A DNA stretch of 64,000 bases from Acanthaster planci. Lineage: Eukaryota. The notes beneath the pieces were generated by a model. It saw only the letters and a list, made by a program, of their open reading frames with translations, was not told the DNA's origin and searched no databases. Where the stretch lies: the NCBI RefSeq assembly GCF_001949145.1, contig NW_019091360.1, positions 802,137 to 866,136 on the forward strand, read 5' to 3'. This document shows, in pieces, positions 27,101 to 39,100 of this stretch (position 1 is the first letter of the stretch; each line of letters begins with the position of its first letter). Made by a program: the position numbers and the translations under genes.

Positions 27101-30100
27101 TGTGTACATACATGAACACTTACCAAGAGACTTTGAATTCCATTTAAAATGTGGCATTTATACAGATGTGACCCACTAATTCAAAACTAGGTAGAAATAC
27201 AATGTAGGTAATTATGATGTTTGGCTGTTCCTCACCCCTCCTTTTTTTTACACCTCAAAGTGATCGAAGGTCTCAATTCTAGCAGCAGAAAGCTTTGGTA
27301 ATTACAGGCAATGAAAGTTGTGGAACTTCCATGCACACAAACACAGGTAATTCCACTACATCAGGGATATGATGTTTCTTCAGCCTGGTTGTTGGATGGC
27401 GGTTCGCAAAATACATGATGTATAATAAAAATCTTCAAGACTTTGTTGGTTTTGATGAGGACTTTGTCCTGCAGTCAATGAACAACTGATCATCAAACAC
27501 TGTTCATGCATCTTCTCCAAGTTCTACGTGAATTTTAAACTTTGTGGGGGTTGATGAAATATTGAAATTTAGGAGAAGGGGTAAAGTTATGTCTCCCTTT
27601 AATGACCCTTCAAAATCTGGTACATACATGTACTAGTCTGGGCATTTTACCATCTTTGGAATTGGAAGCAATTTTCAGCCATTCATTGGAAGTTTTTTCA
27701 TCATTCTTCATCTCTACAATCTATTATGTTGGTACCAATACTTCCACTGTATCTTTTGTTCTGGCTTTGTATAGTAAAGCGTCTAGTTGAGAGGGACACT
27801 TTAAAGGGAAAATATCTGATTTTTCATATTTAAAGTGTCTATCTCAACTAGAAGCTTTGAAACCAACACAAAACAACGGATGTTTAGTTTGTGAACTTTA
27901 CACACAGTGCACATACAGGTAGTTCCTTAATGTCAAATGTGTGAAGTGATGATCAGTGCCATGTGATTGTGGCATCTCATCTCAGAAGATTAAAACCATT
28001 GGCTTGTTGATGCTGATAATGAAACACAGATGTATCCTTGTTATCACAGTCAACTTACCACATGTAGGAAGTGTTTGACCTTCAACTTTCCACTATACAT
28101 GTACATGTATATTTTGTTCTCAGAAACCAAAACTGGATGGCCATATTCCATTAAATTCCACAATTATATCTTCTCAAGATATGCACAAAGGCAAAAAGCT
28201 ATGCATGCAATTATAAAGAAATTCAATAAGTACTATACATGTGTATATGTACAAGCACACAGGTAAATGAAGCACAAGATATTGAAAAGTAAGCCTATGT
28301 CTTTCATTCACTACATTTAGCAACAGATTTTTTAACAGTCTTGAAATGTAGGTTCAATCAAAAGAAACTATAAAAAATTAAGTGAAAGCAATAGAAAACA
28401 TCATCAAATAGAATTGAATAAAAATAATCTTTCAAGAATACAACATACAGAAGTGCAAAGTACTGGAACCTAGCAAAACTGTCAATATCATTGATCAATG
28501 TTACATGTACACGTGAGAAAGGAATTGGCCATAACTTTGTGCGCTGCGAAATGCCATAAGTCAGTCTCAGTTGAGTTGAGATTATGCCCAGATATCAAAC
28601 ATTCCTGATTTGGTCTGATAGAAAACTACAGACAGTAGGAAGGACGGCTGGATTAATCCCTAATTGTAGTAGTTTTTACCAGCAGTTGTACGGTTGATAT
28701 GATCAAAGTTACGTGCAATGTGAGTCTGTGGCCACTCAATTCACCTTTGTGCACATAAATTTGATCTGTATAGTATGTATGTGCAATACATACATGTACA
28801 GTGTATACAAGAGGAGAAAGGTTGCATTCAGCTTTTTATTGGTTTTAATCTTTGATAAATTGGTGGATCAACTTTGTACGGGAATGATTTGTGTATTTAT
28901 TGGCAGATTGTATCCTTTTGTTTGAATTGGGGGTTTAACTGTGCAATACGTTCATACATGCAGAAGGTAAAAGTTCATTTGGTATAGAGGCATATGTTTA
29001 TGTAATTTCTCAACTATGGTAATTGAGGTAAAGTTAAGTTAATGGAGTTGTTGAAGCAGTCATCTGGGGTTGTCTCTAGCCTCCTGTCCTTGACACAATG
29101 ACTGATTGCATCAGCTAAGTCACATATATGTAACCTATAATGGGTATCAAACTAACATAACGGCCTTCCATAGCAAAGTGTGTCATAAGTTTTGTTTACC
29201 AAAGATTTGGTAAATTACACTTATGACACACTTTGCTATGGGAGGACGCTACATGTATGTTTGCTGTTTCATGTTTCATACCAACTATACATGTAGGTCA
29301 CGTGACTTAGCAGGCGCAATCACTGTTATTTGATGCAGAGATGACACCCGTATTCCTTGGGAAGAGGAAAAGTGTGAAAAGAATTTCCCATTCCCAGGTT
29401 AGCTTGCAATGGGTACCGTAGATACATGTAAAAGGTTGTTTCTTCTTGATAAAGGAAATTTGAAAAAGCTACGTGAACATATGTTCCACTTCCAATGACT
29501 TCCCCCAGTGCACGTGTACAGTTTCTCTCTACCCTTGTATTGATGCATGGCTCCTCCCTCTAACAGCCCCTTTCCCCTTCCAAACATTCCTGGTGAATTA
29601 CACATCATTTACATGCACAATATACATGCCTGTCTCTGTACTCATACATGTTTGTCCCCATGCTCACTCTTATACCCCTGTCTTACATGTAAATTTCCTT
29701 TGTTACTGTTCCACAATCAAATCATTTATTATGTTGGTTTTTAGTCACAAGGAATTCTGTGTCCGAGAGCAGAACTTCACTTATGTAAATTGAATATTAA
29801 AAAAACTTTGGGGGAAAAATGCAACCAATAACTAACAGCATAAAAGGATAAAGCATCAAAACCCTCCTATGCTAAGATACATTCTTGACACATTTGTCAT
29901 ATCAGTCAAAATCAGTCAAATTTCCCATATGTGTCTGTGTACTGGGGGAAATCAAGTGGGAGGCATTTTTGACTGTTTTTGACGGTTAAAACAGAAGGAG
30001 GGTTAATTGATAGGAAATGCACTTGTAATCGGGATTCAGGAAGGGAACTCTTTTTTTGGCTGTAGACAGTGAGTATTTCTAACATACATGTACATGTACA

Positions 30101-33100
30101 TGTACTTGACATGTTGACAGATCAAGTGTACAACACCTGAGTACAAATCTGTTGGTGTTTCATGTACACACAACACATATTGTATCTGTTCTTACTTGTC
30201 TTTGGTCAAACTGTTGGAAAGCTACTGTAACAGCAGGCCAGGTTTGCTCTGTAGCTACTGTTGAATCCTGGTATCTGTAATCACACGTATTAGACATGTA
30301 CTTGTATTAAGTGTACGGTGCATGTGGACTTGTTTATGTATTTGGAACATTGCACTAGGAGGTCTGAAAGCCTCATTCAATTAGTGCCTCCTGAGTAAAC
30401 TGAAATCAGGCCAATAGCTGTGAGAGATGAGGATGGTACCACAGTATGGACCTAATGTGATTCTAGTTCATTGCATTAATATTGTGAGTGCATTGCAGCT
30501 GTAGGAATCTAGATTTCTGCCTCAGTTCCATGCAGATGCTGGCGATTGTTGTTCAAATGTTGGACAATTTTGGGGGGCCATTCATCCTGGCCCTGATTCA
30601 AAAACATTTGCAAAGCCAGAGGGAATTTTTGCCCTTTTTGAACAAAAGAGGAACAACAGGAAGTCATAGTTATTACATTATTTATTCTTATTTACCATGG
30701 TTAAAACCTTTTTTTTTTCAGAGGAGCACTGTTTTCCAGAGGGCAATTAATTACAATAAAAGAAAAACACTTAAAGTGAAAAATCAAAACATTGGGGTAC
30801 ATTAAAACACATCTATAATATATAACAAAGAAAAGAACCAGTACTGATAAGCATTAACCCTAACCCTCCTCTATCCTTCACCTGTTGGAGGATTGAGGAG
30901 TGTTAGGGTTAATGAACATCAAAATAAACAAACGCTAGAAAGACAACTACCAACAATCATGCCCATTCATGCTTTACAAAGCAGGGTTTGAATACATATG
31001 CTTTTAAAATTGGCTACAGTAGTGGGCAGAGGATATTTGAGATAAATAGGACGTAATATTGACGTCAGTGGGTGTGTAAACTTATGTAATGTTCTGAATT
31101 GCATGCAGTGGTATACATACTTTACTATTTATGAATGCTTATTGCTTGTTTCCTTTGCAGAAAATTGATGAGAATGATGTGGTTGTGGATCATGGCATCC
31201 ACTATCATCAGCCCCAACATCCAGTGGATGAACAGGACAGTGCAGGTACATTGACATCAGTGTATAGGTCATTAAGAATGTACAGTTTAAATGTAGTTGT
31301 ACCATTGGCTTGTGCCATTATTCTATGGAATCAACGAATAGGAAGGTTTTTGATTCAGTCAACTTGTTGTGAGTGCATTACTTGAAGAAAAAGCAAAATG
31401 CTTTCAACAGTCAAAGAATATTTTCAAGGATGGATTTTCGCCAGGGGGATGTTAATTAATTTTAGATGCCCAGATTTTAGATGTGTTATAATACATGCCC
31501 AACATGTATTATAACACAGTATACTCAGTGATCGTCTCTCGGGCACAAATCCATCCTTGGAAATAGTTGTTCACGATACCCTCTGCTTCATTTGATTCAA
31601 AACCAGCCAGCCAACACAGGCAAGCTCAGTGGTCGAGTGGTTAAGATGTCTGCACTAGTAAGCAGGAAGTCATGGGTTCAAGTCCCACACGAGTACACTT
31701 GTGGGTTTTTTCACAAGCCTTCGGGGCATACACTGAATACACAGTGTTATAATACACATCAGGCAGGGCAAAAATTTAGAATACCGGTAAGTCAAAGCAT
31801 AGTTCACTTATTTGAGTGTGTACACAAGGCACACGGGGGACAATGAGGGACCAGTTTTTCTCCTAAAAGTGCAGTTTCCCATACATGTCCAAGAATGATA
31901 GTTTGCAACTTGAGCTTAACTTTGTAAACTCTTCAAACATGAAAATGGTGTGGACTTTTTGAAAGATAAAATTCATTGTACAATGTGCCGACCAATAAGC
32001 AGAGTGCATGGATGATCACTCATGTAGACACCTCAAACACCTACCTGTACATGTACCACACACAAATTGGATTACCTGCTTCTAATGCAGACTTCAAGAA
32101 TTCACAGCTTATATAGTGCCCCATGCAATTTGGAAATTGAATTATTTCATTATTATTATTAAGAAATAATTACAAATTATTTCATGTGGTTTTGCAAATG
32201 GTGTTTATACTGCCCTAAAAGGTAGAGTCAATTATTTGCAGTCATCCAAAATGTAACCGATGAAATTGTGGAAAAGCATAATTGGTTTAAAGATTGTTAT
32301 GGGACTAAACTCCTTGTGAAATTATTCTTCTTGGCAAGCTGTAATTTTGAAGAAACTATTAACAAGGGCCATTTCCAACAATGTGTCTAAAGATGCATTT
32401 TTGGAAAATTGCCATTAGGAGCACAAGCATTGATACACTCGTCCATGGTTAGTATAATTCATTGATTCAGTGTATGACATCGCGTAGCAGCATTGGACTG
32501 AACTTGACAACATTTCCCAGACACTGAATTCAGGCACAATTCCACACATGAAAAAGCAACCTCTTATCTGACATCGAAATCCGAGAATATTGTTTTTCTC
32601 ATATTATACAGTATTCACTGAGCTGAAACTTCTGCAGGTTTGTTCTTAGACATTGTTCTTTAGATTCTGAATAATTTTGTTACCTCAAAGAAATATCACA
32701 AACATTGACAAATAATACCTGTATGTCTGTGGCCTTTTCGCTGTTGTGGCTCAGGCACTGTTTACTTTATATACATTTAATATAAAACTGCACTGCTGTA
32801 TGTTCCATATGGTTTCATGGTTAGGGGGAATATTTGATGATTACATGTACAGCACATCATTATGCAAGGCTGCTCATCCCTCCTTGTGGCTTCTCTTCAT
32901 GAGTACATGTGCCTGTATGTACGTGTACATGGTATTTATGTAGCGCCATATTGAAATTGCATATAGAGGGATTAATCCATAGTAATGGGTATTGCATACA
33001 CAGCAGGCACGTGTAGTGAAGACATTTTGAGATGCTTCTTTGTAGTGCGATGATTGCTTCACAGAAGAGTTAATTACAACTCTATGTTGTTGGGAAGATG

Positions 33101-36100
33101 TAGCTAGTGTGAGGGAAAATGTTGGTAGGTTGTGGGGACTACTGAGTGTCTGCACGTCATTGGACCACACATTAGCCATTGCTCATCAGATGCATGGTCC
33201 AAATAATTCAGGGACATGTACACATACATACATGGGTGCACATGTACATGTAAATTAGAGGAAATAAGCAGTTGAAATAATCAATCTTACTTTATTTTCG
33301 ACGTAACATAACAATACATGAAATATCACAAATTTACAGCAATAAATGTGGACAGGGGTCTTTGAAAAGCAGAGCTTGTTGAGTGGTGACCCCCAGAAAT
33401 TAAGTTAAATTAAATAATAATGGTAACACACACACATCAGTTTCATGGTAATCTGTGCCATCTTGTTCATGGGCAAAAAGAACGAGCCCATATTTGTTTC
33501 ACATACAAAGTGTGGACATTCCCTTGTTTTCCAGTGGCTAAGGTAATTTGGGAAAATGCTCCTTTTTATCCCACTAGAATAACTCCTTCGAACTGGGTTT
33601 TGATGTTGATTTCCCAGACTGTTCCTCTTCATTTTGCCGCAGATAACCTGGACCCTAAAATGCCTCTGATGCTGTTTTTCAGAGAGTCAAAAACATTGTG
33701 TGGACGCTTGCGAGTCCACACAACGCCATCACACCCATACATAATGTGGACCTTTGTGCAAAGGTCTACACTATGTACATGTATGCCGCGCCTGTGCACC
33801 TGTGCTGTTCCAAGTCATCATGCATTCATTCTAATACACACTTACATGTATTTTCAAGATGTATTTTTTTTTTTTTTTTTTTTTTTTTGCGTTGGGGTGA
33901 TGTTANNNNNNNNNNNNNNNNNNNNNNNNNNNNNNNNNNNNNNNNNNNNNNNNNNNNNNNNNNNNNNNNNNNNNNNNNNNNNNNNNNNNNNNNNNNNNNN
34001 NNNNNNNNNNNNNNNNNNNNNNNNNNNNNNNNNNNNNNNNNNNNNNNNNNNNNNNNNNNNNNNNNNNNNNNNNNNNNNNNNNNNNNNNNNNNNNNNNNNN
34101 NNNNNNNNNNNNNNNNNNNNNNNNNNNNNNNNNNNNNNNNNNNNNNNNNNNNNNNNNNNNNNNNNNNNNNNNNNNNNNNNNNNNNNNNNNNNNNNNNNNN
34201 NNNNNNNNNNNNNNNNACATTGGGTAAGGGCAAACCCGTTATATATAATTCACTTACATGTAGGTCTACATGTAGCAACACGTACATGTATCCTTTTTTT
34301 CCCGTGGATAAGATGGCACATATTACCGTGAAAGTGCTTATTCCATTAACCATCTTTTCAATGGGACCTTGGTGAAGTCTCTTATGTTTACATAGGCTAC
34401 ATGTATATGTATATCTTGCAATACATACATGTAACTGATGCGTAACCTACGGTATTTCCAGTTTAATATACCCCCAAATGGATGAATGTTCATTCAATTC
34501 AAAGTTTCTGTGAGTGAAATGAATATGAGCATACACGTAAGTGTCCAAGGTTGATTTACATGTATTTCACCTAATGCTAGCAGCAATATTATTGTTGTGT
34601 ATGGAAACCAGACAACGTACAATTGTTACACTTCAGCATTGTACTGGTATGCGGTGGCAACAAGAAATACATTATACATGTACATGCAGAGGTACATTGT
34701 ACGTATTCAATTCTTTTGAACTGAAAGTGTGAAACATGCTACTGCTTGTTTGTAATACATGTGTGCAGATTTCTTGGTGATAAAAGCCATGTATATATCT
34801 TCTCCTGTTGATTTCAGGGCATCGTGCTGTCTATGTTGGGGTTCATATGCCCCTTAAGCCCAGACATCACCACAGACATCACAGGCATAAACATCATAAA
34901 CATAAGAAGAATGGCTTAGATGAATCGGATTCCAATCAAGACATCGGCCCGTCATCTGAGACACCATTGCTGAAAGAAGAAAAGCAAGGTACCATAAGTG
35001 TAATATTGTTAGACGGGGCCTACATGTACATTTGTAGTTCAAATGGTTATATCACAACAAACAATACTAAATTGAATCGTATCAGCAGTGATTTTCTAGA
35101 AGCTCTGAGTCTAAAAGCCCCCTCAGGATAAAGCAGTCTGTATGTTGTGTGCTACGTGTTATTTTCAAATGTCACACGGGCCCACATGGAATTACTTCAT
35201 GCAAAGACATTCTAATACATTGCTCAAGAGCCTACACATGAGACTATATGAAATCCACATGGGCAACATTTGGCATTTATCAAACTGGCACAGATGAATA
35301 GTTTTGTTTCAACACATTGAAACCAACAATCTTCATCAAAGTGAAATGCTTGCGGGAGCACGACCCAAAAACCCTTTGCATTTATGCATAGACTCTACAA
35401 GTTCCCAGGATTTATTGATTCTCGACTGTGCCGATGCATGCCCACTAATCTGGTCATAGAGATAGTACAGCCATTGTTTTATGGGCATAGTCCTTTTTAA
35501 ACCTCATCCGTAGATTCTGTCTTGATTGGCCAAGAGACAGAATGGTATTGCCTATTTGACCATTTCTTGTCATTCAAAGCAGTACCTTACAAAGCTTTTA
35601 CATAACAGGAGCTGTGCCTCATTTTGAAACACGCACGCATTAAACCATTAACAACCACTGTTCTATACATCAGTGTATTAGTTCATACCTACATGTACAT
35701 GTACATGTACTACATGTGCACTGTTTGAGACCTTTAGCTTCATTTCAAATTGAAACACCTGTAGATGTCCATTTGTACACTGAACGTTATGAAATTGTTT
35801 TTGAGCATTATGTACATGTATTTGTTATGCATGTACCTTTTGAACACCCCCAAATGGGATGTTTAAGATATGTTTTTATTTATTTGAAAAAGGAAGCAAT
35901 ATAGATATACATGTATTGAGTATGAGTCTGAGTGGCATTTTTGCACAGCCAATGCCCTTGTTTGGAGTTCAAAGTCATCTTTGGTTGAAGATGTTGAATA
36001 CAAAGATTATGAACCATTCACAGAGCAACCACCTCAGCAGAGAGTGAAGTTCATTCTCGGTGATGAAGGCGATGAGGAACATGTATCTCATGAAGTCTTC

Positions 36101-39100
36101 ACAGAATTGGAGGAGCTGACTGTAGGTGGTGATGGAGAAGAGTCATGGAAAGAGATGGCAAGGTAAAAGAATATGTAGGCCAGCATAGGCCTCGGGTATC
36201 ACAAGGTGTCTTGTGCATAATGTGGACCCATGAACCACATGCTTCATGTCATTATTAATAAGCATGAGAAATTTGGTTTGTACATCAAAATTGATCAAAA
36301 TAGATAATATTGTAACTTGCTCATGTACATGCATGCCTAGCTGGTTATTTGTTAATCTTTTTAAAATTTGAATCTTCAATTTTGGACGTTGGTTGGAGGG
36401 AGAGGAGACCCGTTATTTCATGCATTGATAGGAAGATGTGCATGATCATGAATACTTTTGTGCATGTGGAACAAACGGTGAATGGTGTATGTTGCCGCTA
36501 TTGGTGGTTTGTGAGAATTGGAGCTTGTAGCCAGTAGCTTGAATGTTTCAGTTAACTGAAAAATAGACACACTGAAACTAACATTTAGATGCCATCATTA
36601 CATTCCACAAACAACCAGATTGGTAAAGAAATATAGTAACTGGTTGTTTTTTTTTCTCTTTTTTCTCCCTTTTTTCGTAAGCATAATGTGAGAGTAAGCT
36701 AATGTAAGAGTAACACTAATGGGCCCATTTAAGATTCACAGTACATGTACCTGTATGTGACCAATGTTGATGTGTCTGTCTTCAGATGGATCAAGTATGA
36801 GGAAGATGTGGATGTTGGAGCAGATAGATGGAGTAAACCTCACATTGCCACACTACCTCTACATAGTCTGTTTGAACTCAGGAGTTGTCTGATGACAGGC
36901 ACCGTGTGCTTAGACATGGAAGCAGAAGATCTCTTACAGATTGCAGGTAAGGACTTGCAGTGAATAGAATGTGCCATGGTGAAATGCAGCAGTTTTTTAA
37001 TGTACCGTAAGTTATTTTGTGAGCAAAATTAGACATTGCTGACACATCAGGCTTGTGCATGTATCATGCACGTTCGTAATTATTAGGCTCGTGTGCATGA
37101 AAGCATGGCACAGTACCACATTGGCGACACATTATGAATGAATTGTCTGATTAATCTCTACCCGAATCTAGGCTTGTTATCACTGCACAGTCTCTGGACA
37201 CTTGAGTCCCCCAGTCATGCAGTATATATACACCGATAACTGTTACAGCAAAATGGAAAGTGAACACACCATTAGCAGAAAGTGCATTGATTGAGTGTAT
37301 GTCAGTTCTGGCACCTGCATTAGTTTATGTGTTGTTTGTCCCTTACACTGTCAAGCTGACTTCTGTACCTTTTTACAGTTTAAGTGTGTGTAGTCTATGC
37401 AGTAGCAAGCCATTTCTAAATTACAAAAGCATATTTGATGAGTTAAAAACATGATGGCACATTGGCAGTGCTAGGTTTGCACGCGTGTTTAATTCACTGC
37501 AAGCAAGACGCACCTGACATGCCGCACCTTTATTACATTAATTCAAGCTCCATGCGACCCAAAGGTGTGGGTTCATAGTGTGGTGCTAGCAGAATGCTGA
37601 TGACTGATGTTGGATTGATAAGGGTAGTATATCCTTTTAGTTTCAGAAATGTTATTGCCCATTGACATTAGAGCATTTCACTTTCAAATCTTCCAAAATC
37701 TAACACTATGCTAAAATCTAATAATGCGGTCTTTATGTAATTTTCAAAGGACATGGAAGATTCACTTGCACTTTTTGTGCAAATTTCTACTCCTTTGTGT
37801 AAAAAAATCTGATACCCTTTGTGGGTAAAGCATATTGAACACTTTTTGAAGTTAAAATTGTCCATGCGATTCCTGAAAACAGAGAGCACTGTTGCCGTGA
37901 CATCATTCAGGGAAGGCGCTGATCAGTTTAAAGGTTTTTCTGTTCACACTGTGAACCCAAAACATGCTCCCTGAAAAGACGTCTCACAAAAGCTTATTCA
38001 TTGGCTTTTTGTCATGTATTTGCATGTACGAAACAATGAATCATCCATTAAAAAATGCATCATGTAAATACATGTAGTTCCAGCAATTTTTTTGTTCACA
38101 GATCAGTACAATATTGAATTTTCTCCAGAGAATGGCCTCGCAGTTTAAATAAATGTAGAAATTTGCATCAGCATAATGCCAAAAGTGCACCAAAAAGCAT
38201 TTGGAAATAGCCAAACAAAATTTTAGAATAAGGTTCATTGAAACATAATGATTCCTTGTCAAGGGTTGCATGAACCCTTTAATCCCAGTGTATATTTTTA
38301 GTGACTTGGTTGTACATTATGTACGTCAGGTGGATCGTGAAGAATGGGGGAAGGATACATGTAGATTTAGAAAACTGTCATACATGTAAGTAAACACAAT
38401 TTAAAGGAGTACATATCCTTCTGGCAGCTTCCCTAATGAGTATAAGTCAATAATTGGCCGAAGTGATGCGGTTCAGCCAACAATTGTGAAGTGATCATCC
38501 ACGCGAATGTGCATGAGTTCATCCTCATCTAAACGCATCACATTGCGCTTGGTTGGGTAGAAGATAAAGGTCATGATTCAGGGTGCTCAGACTCGACCAA
38601 GTTCCTTTCCTGGCTGTAGGTCTTGCGTTCTAACATGGTCTGGTACGGTCGGTACTCACCTGCCATGATCATTGATCAATAAACCCCAGTGGATTCTTAA
38701 AATTGATAACACAGCTCTATTCAGCAAACAAATAACCTGCGTTATGCTTGCACTTTAAAATTGCCGTCAAATATTTCCATCTGGTTTCCATTTTTGTTTT
38801 CACATTTGTACTTGCACCTTGAATCCTTCAAAATTCTTGCTTCAGTGGTGTTCTGATGGATTAGAATATTTCTGTAGTTATTGCATATTGTCTGATTTGT
38901 GTTCAGGAAGGTTTCCACCTGAAGCATACTGTAAATGCCTCCAGGGATTGGTTAATATTACACGACATTTTGGAAAAGAGGATTCTTCACTGCTCCATAT
39001 CATGGTTGGGTGACACTGCTGTGATATCATTTCATTGTGAATTATACTGCCCCGTACACTTTCTGTCCTTGCACTGACTACAGTACAGAACTACATTTAT

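Noticed and set aside
31619..31692. Functional tRNA-Thr gene
   Set aside because: There is no well-paired acceptor stem, the anticodon arm is irregular, and the downstream body is repeated elsewhere in the window, indicating a SINE-like head.
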